Source of the DNA: Yuukianura sp. NJ FZ-2021
Lineage: Eukaryota
Assembly (NCBI GenBank): GCA_046563655.1
Contig: CM102285.1
Span: 10,726,001-10,790,000 of the forward strand
Length of the DNA stretch: 64,000 bases
Direction of reading: 5' to 3'
Made by a program: the position numbers and the translations under genes. The notes below the pieces were generated by a model. The model was not told the origin of the DNA. It made no database searches and worked only from the letters and a program-made list of their open reading frames with translations. This document shows positions 1 to 15,150 of the stretch, one piece after another (the stretch's first letter is position 1; every line of letters starts with the position of its first letter).

Positions 1-104
1 TTGTAAAAAAAAATCAGAAAACTAGTCAAACGATAAAGAGAAAAGAGGATACGGAAACTTAGCAGCCTGCAAGTAAATCTACGTGTGAGAACCTTCAACT
101 TTAC

Positions 105-468
105 CTTGTTGTACCATCTCAGCAAATGCTTGCCTCTTCATCCTTGAAAATCTGTAACTTCGTTTCTGAATGGCAGAAGTCATTTCCTCCATATTGATAT
201 AGACTAAGTCTTGATTGCTCATCAGATACTAATAAGGTATAAGAAAAGAAAAAAATGTAAAACCATGTCCAGGCAGACATGACAGAGATACAAACTATTT
301 GTGGTGGGGTGGTATCCTCTGTGAAGTAGTAAACTAACGTAAGTTAACAACTAATCGTAATAGTAGTAGGTCTGGACCGTGATGTGACCTCACCTCTTCC
401 ACAAACTTCTTCAGCGACATGTCTTTCGTCGGCAACAGCTTCCTGCCGTTGCTCGTTGTCAATGGCAT
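105..468 (-). CDS. NVL: Nuclear valosin-containing protein-like AAA ATPase (NVL/smallminded), first two coding exons; gene continues off the left edge
   Basis: Not in the ORF track. Exons 468-394 (ATG...GAG|gtgag) and 228-105 (ttag|TAT...CAAG|gtaa) splice in frame to MPLTTSNGRKLLPTKDMSLKKFVEE-YLMSNQDLVYINMEEMTSAIQKRSYRFSRMKRQAFAEMVQQ. This resembles the NVL N-terminal nucleolin-binding domain (human LKQRVIQYLTSNK..YVDI..LASDLQRVY..DYGRRKRNAFRIQVEK, recalled). Confidence 0.7.
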
Positions 469-1490
469 TTCCAAAGTCGGTGTCGCGTCCCCGTCGTACT
501 ACGTTAGGCTTACGTACTCGAAGTCGCACGTATATTCACAGTGACAAATTCTCAATGTCACTCACAGTACTCTTTGTGTGATTCCCTTTGATGTGTCTCA
601 CCTGAAATGAAAAGGAAATAAATTCAATGATTAGAATCTGAACATACTTATTAGATTCGCAGGCTTCACGAATAAAAAGAAACTGTTAGAAAGAGTGAAG
701 AGTCCGATCAAAGTCAAATCGTTAAGCAAACTTTGGAATGATCATTTTCTTAAAATCTATCAAGAAATCGTTGAATTTTAACTATAAATAGTTCCAAAAT
801 TTGGGTTGGATGTGGGTAAGGTTTAACAAGCCCAACAAGCGTCATAGCCACTTTTCGGCTTACATAAGGTTACGCGGCTACTTAAATTGCCACTTAAGAT
901 TAGACTTGGATAGGTTAGAGCGGATACAAATGTTGCCACTCATTGTAGCCACACAAGATGGCCGGAGTGGCTACACCGTGCGGCTACAACAATGACACTC
1001 GTTAAACCTTGCCTAAACCAAAATTGCCTTAACCAAATTACTACGTAATTTAAGAATACTGTACACAATCTCTCCCAGTTCGATGAGCAGAAAAGAATTA
1101 ACACTACCCAACCAGGGGTGCGTGCGTTGTCTTTGGTATGATTCGTTAATTACCAGAAATAATTAAAGTCCTTGTTCTAGTTTCTTGTAATCCAAATTCT
1201 AAAACCTAAACCGTGAGCTTAAAAAACCGAAGAAAGACAGAAGCACAAGCACATGTTCTGTTGGGCACCTAATACTCTGAATAACACAAAAATGCCCTGT
1301 TCGTTCGTTTCTCACCCATCGCATCAGCTGCTGAACTCCTGCGACGCGACAATCTACCTAATCTCAATCTCTATCTATTACTACATACTAATGAGCTACT
1401 GTAATTCCGGAATTGTACAGCAACCCATAGTTTGTTGACTTCGACGTCCATGATGACCACATATTGTGTTTAGCACGAGAATGAATGCTC

Positions 1491-1832
1491 CATACTCCGA
1501 AACCTCGAGTTTCCGAGGGGGGTGTCCCGACGGCAAATCAGGGTGGGGGGTGTCCCGTGAGGTACCGATTTTCGTGTTAAAGCACAAAAATGGCTTGAAA
1601 ACATTGCTCGCGCCGTAGGCGCGACGAAATTTTGAGTTTTTGACGCTCAAAATTGGTGAAAAGCCTCGAAATACATTAGAAAAGTAGCCATCGCGCCGAA
1701 GGCGCGACCGATTTTCGTATTTTAGGTCTCTTCGAGAGCGTTCGGACACCCCTGAGAGCCGGGGGGTGTCCCTCGGACCTCCCCTCGAGGGGGGTGTCCC
1801 CGAAATACATAGACTAGAGGTTTCGGAGTATG
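1491..1832. mobile_element. 342-bp non-autonomous DNA transposon (MITE), P- or hAT-type by its 8-bp TSD
   Basis: TIRs catactccgaaacctcgagt (1491-1510) and actagaggtttcggagtatg (1813-1832) match 19/20. Perfect 8-bp TSD gaatgctc at 1483-1490 and 1833-1840. Four internal GGGGGTGTCCC repeats; GC-rich relative to the flanks. Confidence 0.9.
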
Positions 1833-1902
1833 GAATGCTCCACGCTTATTTCCCCTAACTCTGTAACACCTTAATTTTTTTTATTAATCTCACATCGGCG
1901 GT

Positions 1903-1988
1903 TGGATTATACCCATATGGCATGGGCGCATGTTAAAGAAATTTTTCTAAGTTTTTAACATGCGCCCACATGACATGGGTATAATCCA
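1903..1988. repeat. 86-bp imperfect palindrome/hairpin
   Basis: 14-bp stem (1903-1916/1975-1988), 6-nt internal mismatch, 15-bp stem (1923-1937/1954-1968), 16-nt loop. Confidence 0.8.
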
Positions 1989-2948
1989 GCAGGAATTTTA
2001 GATTTGAAGGTCACCTTTTTAAAAAAAATTAGTACGCTTGATGCGTTAAGTATTAAGTAACTACTGCTAAGACGATTGAACGGGTGTCGCCGAGCCCCAC
2101 CGAGAATTCGACGCAATCTCGTTCTATCAATCCCTTTGACAAGTGATTAGCTGTTGTTGCTACATATACTAGTATTTCATAGTATTTCTAATTAGGTACC
2201 AAAATTTCCTAGTGTTAATTAATTTTGTGCATTGTTGCAAGTGGTTAGGATCTTGTTTGTTTGTTTGTTCATGCAATTGGACAGAGCGGGCGTTTATGGG
2301 CAGCAAATGATCACGAAAACTGAAACGCAGCATTTCAATTTATAGCCAAATTCAGACGAAGAGCGTCTGCCAAGTAGTATCTGTTATCTCCTAGTATTTG
2401 CGCCAAACAAAGACTGAAAATTTCCGGTAGTGATAAATGTGACAGCGGAAATAAGCATTTCCATATGATAAGCACAACATAAACTGTGCATTTGTGCAAG
2501 TGTCTCCGTAAATTTTGTAGCTGTAAAACAAGGAGTATGTAAATCACAAATAGACAGACAACAGTTATTTTGAGGTTTTATTTTGTGCTTGCTTGGTAAG
2601 GAGTTTGTAGAAACTAAATTGAATGGACAGGGAGACTGACGTGCGGACGTGCTATTGTTAACTACGCTGGCTGGCATACAACAATTATAAATTGAATTTA
2701 CTACACGTCTGTCACTGCCTGTTGCTAAATTCAATTCGTGGCTTGGCATCTTTTTCGCGGAATCGGGACAGCTAAGAACTACCTATTTAGCGACTAAGTG
2801 ACTCACCGGTGCTGAGTTGGCTTGGTATTGGTTAGTTTCAGTTTAGCTTTTGCTTTGATATCCTTGTTTGGTTAAATTTTAATTAACTTCGGTTTCAACG
2901 CGTTTCTATTCTTTAGATAAACTAAACTCCCACCAGCTAGCTGCAGGA

Positions 2949-4500
<1,552 letters not shown>

Positions 4501-5667
4501 GCACTGCTGACTGTCAATGACCAAACTAAAACCTGAATTCGGATGCAGCCAAATCCTCAGCAGCTTCAAAAAAGTAAAGTTACCATTCGTTCCCAGCATT
4601 CCCAGCAACATTCAACTCTTGTGGAATATTTTTACAAATTGAAACTTTCAATTTGAAAGTGCAAAAGCCTTGCCTGTCTAATTTTAAACTCATAAAATAC
4701 GAATAAATAAGAATCGTTTCACAACAAAAACTCGAATTTTCCTGAAATTGATCGTAAGTTCATATTCAGAAGCGAATTCAAATTCGGTTGGACTATCCAC
4801 AACATCTTCCTGAGATGCCAAGATTTGGCGTCCGTCAAAAACATTCCGATGTTTTGTTTTTGTCATCTAAGATTCCAATTCCAATGTGTTCAAAAAATGT
4901 GGTTGACAACCTTACTTTTCATCCTTGTCGGCAACTTTAGCGTTTTTAGGAGTGAAAGTAAAACAAAATTTCCAGTTTTTATGATCTTTTTGTTAAGTAA
5001 ACGGATATTTAGGAAGCGTGGAAGCAGAAGGTGGCCTCCCTCATCGTTTCTAATAATCTGTACTAGAATAATGCTCCCCAATGTCTGTTTCAATGTTTTC
5101 TTATTTATCTCTTCAAAATCTTTAAAACTTTCACACACACACAGAAGTATACTACGCAGAGACATGCCCAGACTACGCTGATGCTCAAGAGACTCCTGAA
5201 TAATCGCTGCCTTTTAGTCAATACGGTTCTTCAACAGACGCTCCCAATGTTTTATTTTTCCATCATCAACCGCCCGTATCAACTAAACTCTCACAAGAAG
5301 GTAACCTACAAATAACTGACTCTCACATTTTAACCGCTAAATTACTAAACAAAGACACTAATTCTATTGCTCGTTTCAGGATATGATAGTTTTCCTTTGG
5401 AGAAACAACAACAATGGGGAGGGTAATAATAACATATCGATGCAAAACCAACAAACACATCGCAAAAAGAAAAAACACTAAAAAATCCAAAAGTCTTTAA
5501 AAACGTTAACTTGGCTTGGTTCCCTCTCTTTTTAGGTTTTTTGGAACCAGAGCGTCCTTCAGTCCAAACCTTGTCGTGTGCCAAGAAACAATTACACGTG
5601 TATCTAGTACTACGCTGTCCAATATTTACAATTCTTGTTCAATTTCTACACAAGTTTCTATTTAAAA

Positions 5668-6369
5668 ATGCAACCGTATTATCCAAGAAGTGATCACACA
5701 CAAATCTTTCCTAGGGACCTCTCTAGACTCAAAAGATTTTCAAAGCTGCAACATCAAGTGCGTGAAACAGAAACTTTAGCAAGTCAATTTTATGAAAAAC
5801 CACCCTACTCGTACATCGCTTTAATTGTAATGGCTATTCAAAGTTCACCCGAGAAGAGACTAACGTTGAACGGAATCTACAGATTCATCATAGACAACTT
5901 TCCATTCTACAATTCAAATCGACAAGGATGGCAGAATTCAATTCGGCACAATTTGAGCCTCAACGCCTGCTTTTCAAAAATATACAAAGAGAGAGGTCAA
6001 GGAGGCAAAGGAAACTACTGGACAGTGGATTCCAATTACTTGGACATGTTTGAATGTGGAAATTACAGAAGAAGAAAACGGAAGATCCAAACCCAGCCTA
6101 CTCATGGTAATAATTCAGAGCTCCAATTTCAATCGATTCCAAACAGCAATCCAGATTTACGCAAAAACTTTCCAGAAAAAAGTGAAAAACTTTTGGCAAA
6201 AGTGAAACTCGACTCATCAGAACATGCAAGTTTGAATCCCGTTTTTGAAAACGCCAGTGTAGATACTACATGCAATGTAGAAAGAAAGTTCTGTGAAATG
6301 AATTTTCTGCATCCCTACATGTCAGAGAAAGCAAGAAATTTTAAAATTGAAAATTTGATACATTCGTAG
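5668..6369 (+). CDS. FoxL1: Forkhead box protein L1-like, single exon
   Basis: Forkhead domain [15 protein letters not shown]...[16 protein letters not shown]...[27 protein letters not shown]. The NRQGWQ and [15 protein letters not shown] signatures are FoxL1-type. C-terminal eh1-like FKIENLI. First ATG at 5668 (the ORF track starts at an upstream TTG). Confidence 0.85.
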   Translation: MQPYYPRSDHTQIFPRDLSRLKRFSKLQHQVRETETLASQFYEKPPYSYIALIVMAIQSSPEKRLTLNGIYRFIIDNFPFYNSNRQGWQNSIRHNLSLNACFSKIYKERGQGGKGNYWTVDSNYLDMFECGNYRRRKRKIQTQPTHGNNSELQFQSIPNSNPDLRKNFPEKSEKLLAKVKLDSSEHASLNPVFENASVDTTCNVERKFCEMNFLHPYMSEKARNFKIENLIHS

Positions 6370-9300
6370 CCTATACTTTTGAAAAAGTTTAAGTTTTTTT
6401 TAGCTACAGTTGTACGCCATTCCTACAAAAAGATTTTTCCGCTCTACGAAAAAAAAAATCCGTTTTAATTTTTAGTTTTCTTGTTTCACTGATTGACTTT
6501 TTTCAAGAGCAAAATTTATGGAATATGGTTTTTCCATTTTCAAAAGAAAAAAGAAACGTTCGCTTGAAAACATTCATTTGATGTAATTACACAGTGAAGA
6601 GGATGATGACAAAATAAATCTGTGTTTGAGATTTTGTTTATTTTGAGAACTAAATCATTTCTCAATTTCCCGTTTCTTTTTTTCCTTGGATGTTGAAAGG
6701 GATGAGAATAGAAACTTATAAGAAATCTGTCATAATAAAATGACTGTTCCCACGCAAAAGCTTCAAAAGCAGTTAAGAATTTAACTGAAGAGACACAACA
6801 TATGGATGTGTATGGTTCGTCACTTGGTTTCTCAGAATTTCAAAGAAATTAAAAGATACTTTAAGCTCTTCGTTATTAACGCCCCCACAACAATTTAATA
6901 AACGAAGAAGAGCAGAGATAGACCAAGGGGAGAGTATGGGTCTTTTCATCTTCAAAATTTCAAGAACTTTTAAGGCTGAAGGAAGACGGTTAACTTTTCC
7001 TTTGACACATCCAAGATGTTTTCATCCTTGACATCTCACATCATTGTCAACGCTTGTCTTTTGACTCAGAACCTAACCCTATACTCCCATGTTCCCATAA
7101 TTTTCAGCTTTCAAATTCCAGAATTTCTAATTTGACATTTCAGTTTGAGTTGTCTCTTACCTTGTCTCCGGTAATCGTTGTCACGAATGAGTTGTCCCCG
7201 GTGCACCCCTGTTGAAGTTGCAGATTGTCACAGGTCGATTTGCCAAGAATACGTTTTGAGGTTGTCGATCAATTGTATGCTTTACGGTTGAAGTTAGAGT
7301 CTCAAGTCGTGTTCATCTGTACCTAAAGTTGAAGTACACATTTATGAGAACAGTAATACCACAGTTTATACACAGTATTTGATAATTTGATAATGAAACT
7401 GACAGGAAGATCCAACTTTCACTAATCAATCCAATCCAACTAGGTCAAGGTCAAACTAATGGCTTCATTTTTTCATTTCTTAGTACATAATGAATTCTTA
7501 CCTTCCGGAACTTCTGTGGGAATGAATACGTCAATCACACGTACCACGTCGCAATTAAACGATTATGTTGACGTTTGTCACACGAAATCCCGTTAGAAAC
7601 TGGCAATCAATAAGCATCTTGTCGAAATCCGAGTGCGAAATAACAATTCGTTGCGAATTCGTTTCGGAATTTGCGAAATACGAACCATAATAAAAGCAAC
7701 CAATCAGAATCAAGGAATTAAATCAGCAACTTTTCAAATTTCGCTTGTTCCCGCCAAAACCAAAAAGTCAAAAACACTCTATAACAGTCACCCACTAATC
7801 ACACTGAAACGTGTCGGTTGCGTGTCACGACCGACATTCACTGTGCTAAATTTTCTTCTTCCTCTGCTTTAAAATATTTCTTACACGGCGTACTAGTAAA
7901 ACGAATTAATAATAATTATTAATTGGTAGTTAAATATTAATTTAACCAAGAAATTATGATATTCAACTTCCTACTTCTACAACTAACTCCCTTTTCTCTC
8001 CTGTTTTTAACCCTGAAAGTGTAACTTGTAAACACACATCAAAAGAAATATTTCAACATTCATAATTTAAAAATTTTCAAGGTACAAGCTGGAAAAATGA
8101 AAATTTTTGGATTTTTCATTGAACATTACAGTAGTGTCTTGTTGGAGGCGTGCCTAAGTTGTGTAAATAGAAATGACAATGAGGATGTCGTTTTCGGTTG
8201 TTGACACAAGTTTGTGGTCATGATGGGTAAGTTGGTGGTGGTGCTTAAGCACCCACTATGTTGACTTCGGAACTTGGAGCAAGTGACATAGCCAGTCCTT
8301 CCTGTCTTGACTTAGTCACGGAAGTGATCATCTTCCTTAAGAAAAATCAACATTCGGGCAATTTCGGTTCCTCAGAAATACTACACTTTATGAAATTCTG
8401 TACATTTGAGACGCGGAAGTGGCATTGTTGCTCGGAATAATACTTGGAATTTCAAACGCCGGCATTTTTCAAGATGAGTGGTTTAATTCGCATGTTTCGA
8501 AAGTTTAGCAATTGAAAAGTAACGCTTACTTTGGTGGAAGTTAACAACATAAACATGGAGTTTGAATCGGGAAGAAAACAAAAGAAAACGGCGAGAGAAA
8601 GGAAGCATGAAAGGCCTTAAATCTTGTTTTGAATTTAAACAAAACTTTGAAACCATACCACCAACTAGGATCTTCCAGAACTCCCTTGATCTATTATCCT
8701 CTCCTTAGTCCTTACGTAACACGTAAATTCAGACATCATTGGTAACATAAATTCGGAATTGAAATGGAAATGTGTATTTGAATTGAGTGCATTAGCAGTG
8801 CTAGCGGGAGCAGTAACTACACTTACGCGTATTATCACTCCCAGCGTCTCCGAGTTTCTATTCATAAGGGATCTTCTTAAGACTTAACTTGGGCATTTAA
8901 AGTTCTATTGACGGAACACGGAAGGGAGCAAGAGGCTTTCTGTGGGACTTAAAGACTCTCTGCCACTTGCCTCTTGTTGATATTTTCACACCTCATCTAA
9001 CAAAGTACTCAAACTGCTTGAATAATTTAACAGATCAAACTTCATTATTCAAAACAAACAGTGCTCTCCTCGCCCAGCCATTTCATCTACAGTTCTACTA
9101 CAGGAACTTTGTGTTTCCGTTCAAACTTTCACCAAAGACTATGAAAATTAAAAGAATTTTTTTAAACCTCCAAAATTTTTGAAAGTTTGGGAAAAATTGT
9201 GCCGCCCACATAAGTTAAAGCAAGATGGAGAAAGTAAAAGTGAAAGTGTTTTTTACAGAAAAGAAATTAGTGGCAACTGGCTATGAAAATTTCAATTCTA

Positions 9301-12300
9301 TTTTATTAGGATTAAGGTTTTCAGAATTTTTTTCTCGAAAATTGCATTTGCTTTTCCCAGTGCCACATACATAGCCTAATGAATCCGCGTCTGATGCTTT
9401 GAAATTCAGTGCAATTTTTTGTTAGGCTAACCGTCCTCAGTTTAATATTGCAGTGAAGTATGGATGTGAGGAAGTATATTTCGTTCAAGTAGGAAATGCT
9501 GTTTTATAAAGATGGTGTCTTGAGTAAACAAACCACACATGGCGAAAATATTGAACTTTCTTCCACTCCATTATGAAAGTGACAAAAGGTTCCTCCTACT
9601 CCGTTACACAAGCATGGCAAAGGCCTCCCTCCAATTCAGAAACCACTTAAGAGTTAGCCCAGGAGCCCTTCATCAAAGTGAGGCATTCAATTGATCTAAT
9701 AAAGCCCACATTTCAAAGACACTCAACATCCAAAGAATCCAAGCGAAATGTCCTGGAAAGAACTTTCAAACTTTCAACTTTCGTCTTATCATCCATTTAA
9801 GCAAAAATTATCACAAATCAGTTAAAATTCAAGTAAACTTTGGCTTGAAATCGTATGTATTTTCGGAAAAATTAGGTTTACCGTTCGGAATTCAAGCTTA
9901 GTTGAAGAGTCAATAATGGACTTTGGTTGGTTTCCTCGTGGCGATATGCACAAACAATGGTTTTATGGAAATTGACTTTCACCATAGCCTGATCCTGGTA
10001 ACTGGATTCATTCTAAATCCAAAGACTTATTGTGTATTCAACAATAGATTCCAATATCAATATCATAACAGACAAAGTCAACAGAAGGGGTTCACCACTC
10101 CAAAGTAAAGTGAAAGTTCCATTATTACACGCCGCACAGCATCCACTTCATTTCAATATTCATGCTTTCACCACATCACACTCCGCCTAACCTAATCCTC
10201 TTTCCACGCAATTCTCTCTACTATGGGATTCCGCAAATTCAAATTGGAAACTACAGTCCTTTTGAAAGCTGAAATTTCTTCTGAAGCTTTGCCCACAGGC
10301 CAAGATCAGGATCACATTGATTACTTTCTAACAGGGAAATTGGTTTGTAGGGGTAAGTGACACTTCCATTCAAAACTAACAGGCATCCAAATCCATAGAT
10401 TCAAATTTAGTTGCTGTTAAATTTTAAGAATGATTTGAAGTGGTACAGTTTTTGTTTTTAGTTAAGCGGTTTTGTTCCACTTTGGACATCAAATGGCCCA
10501 AGAAAGTGACAGGCGTGACATTAACCTTTGTCACCAAATTGGTTTGAACCCAAAGTCAGCAGGGAGTCTTAAAATTTTTGTCATTTCGAATTCTACCACA
10601 GACCGTTTTTTGGTTTTTCTTGTTCTGGAAAATCTTCTAAAAAGGTTTTCTCGACATCTTTGAACAAGAAATTTGAGATCTTTTCAACTCCAATTTTCTA
10701 AATACTTGGCTGCTTTCCCGCTGTGAGAACTTAAATTAGGAAAGTGTGACATTTTATTCCCGTTCTTTGTGTTAACTTCATAACCACGCAATTACCAACT
10801 TTTTCTTGCAATTGTTAAAAGCGGACTTTCGAACAAAATTGTTACCGTATTTTCGAAAAAGACAAAACTGTTTGATTTTTTTTTTCTAAATAGGTTTGGT
10901 TTTACAAAAGGGGAACTTAATGGCTTAATCCAGTGAGAGGCAGCCGTACCATAGTTGCCCCCGTGTTTATTTTGCGGCATAAAAATTTGTCTCCAGGGAG
11001 GATATCGTCAGAGATGTGGAAAAAATATTACAGGGAAGACCAAGCTGGATGCTTTCTGGATTGGTAAAAATGGAAAACCCTCCTGCGTTCTTTTTGAGAA
11101 GAGAGTTTGAAGTGAGCATAGCCTGAAAAAGAAGCTGCTTCAATTTCATTGTGTTTCCAACAGCTTTGAAAAGAGGGAAGAAAGGAGATCATTGAATTGG
11201 AGGTTTTGGCGGAGAGAAGTTCATGATGCCTAGGATGGATATAATGGGGAAGATACGTTGTGTGGGGAGGTTTATCATATGAATTGAATTGTTATTTTAT
11301 GGGGTGCGGAGAGCTGAGCCAAAAAGTAGAATACTTGAATTTGTTTGCTCAATTTGAAGTAGCTCAATGGACTTCACCCTTAGTCCATCCAAGTCCCAAA
11401 CTTCAAAAGAAGCAGTCCATAATCTCTTGCTTTCAACTTTTCAGAAAAGGGAAAGTGGCCTTAGCCAAACGCTTTCATGAAACAATATTCCAATGCTACT
11501 TTTTAAGAGGTCTTCGGAGTGTCAAAAGTGTCAGGAACAACAATTGGTAGGTTGAATTGCCAATTCACGTTGTTACTCTTCTCGAGCAGTTCAATGATTG
11601 GTGCTTCACTTTTAAAATTTAACAACACAGTACTAGCGAAAAAATTAGAAAGTGAAAGCTAAAAGTTTAAAAAGAGAAAGCATTTTGTTTTTGAAGTTTT
11701 GGTTTTCACATGCGATTGGATCAGAATCAGCTTATGTGCGGTTGATTCCAATCGGAAATATTTTTCCGCTTGGTTTGCGACCTTAATGAAAGTGAAACTA
11801 GCCTAAAGCTTGTGAACGGTGAAAGCTGCTCTGCGCCGTTCCTTACCTCTTTCCCTGCCATTCCATTCCCATTTGAAGTTTCGTCCACCGTTTCAGTTCG
11901 GATGCTGCTGCCTGCTCGTTGTGTTCGGATCGATGATATGGAAACGGCGGAGTCTGTCTCTGTGGGAAGTGGCTAGGGATTGGGTAAGGGGAGTTACAGA
12001 AGGCTGGGAATTGTTGGTGGAGTGCGAACCTATCTCTGTATTCCATGGGCTTGGAGATCTCATCACCTTCCAACCTAAAAATAGTCTCACAAGACCATCT
12101 TCCCTTCAACCCAACCCCAACAAAGATGCAGTTCGAGTCCAACCGAAATCAACAACCAACCGTTGAAACCTAACCAACACACACAAGAAGAAGCTCAGAC
12201 TTTGGGTTTTAAAGCTAAAAGCTACAAGGAAAACAGAAATACAGAGGAATTCATTCATAATATTCTAAGGACAGATCACACAAGGAAGAAAAGGCTCTCA

Positions 12301-12765
12301 ATATTTTCCTTTCTACAACACCCTCCTCCCTTTTGATTGTTGATCTTTCTCTAAAAGTTGAGTTGGTGTGTGGTGTTTTTAATTCAGACTTACAACGTAC
12401 AGTGTTCCGACTTGTTTTTACAACTCAAATTTTGGAGTAGTCAAAAAACGGAAATAATAAGGCGCATTCAAATAATTTCTGTTTTCAAAACAATCAAATT
12501 ACTGTTTTGATTCCAGCTTCAAAAACATCAACATCTTCAGCACAAGTTAAAAACTCTAAAAAGTTTTTATTTCAATCCAACACAAACAGTCGAACAGTTC
12601 CGCAGTCAAAGGCCGATGAACTGTGAAAGTTGGTGAAAGTCGAGACCATAATAGAAATACTTGCGTGTTTGCTGTAATTTGACCACACTGATTAACATCT
12701 CTAGTGAATAAAGTGAAAGTTCACCTTTTGACCTCCCACTACAGAGAAAATTAAATAGTTTTTGA

Positions 12766-15150
<2,385 letters not shown>

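Noticed and set aside
344..581. ORF-track ORFs 344-529 (-) and 384-581 (+)
   Set aside because: They are off-frame or antisense to the NVL first coding exon and resemble no known protein.
1396..1749. 117-aa minus-strand ORF
   Set aside because: It lies mostly within the GC-rich MITE and has no transposase motifs.
4825..5181. Overlapping 118-aa (+) and 91-aa (-) ORFs between GMDS and FoxL1
   Set aside because: Composition is typical of AT-rich non-coding DNA (F/L/K/I rich), with no domain and no clear splice structure.
11770..12166. Four overlapping ORFs upstream of FoxC
   Set aside because: No recognisable motif in any frame; more likely FoxC promoter or 5' region.
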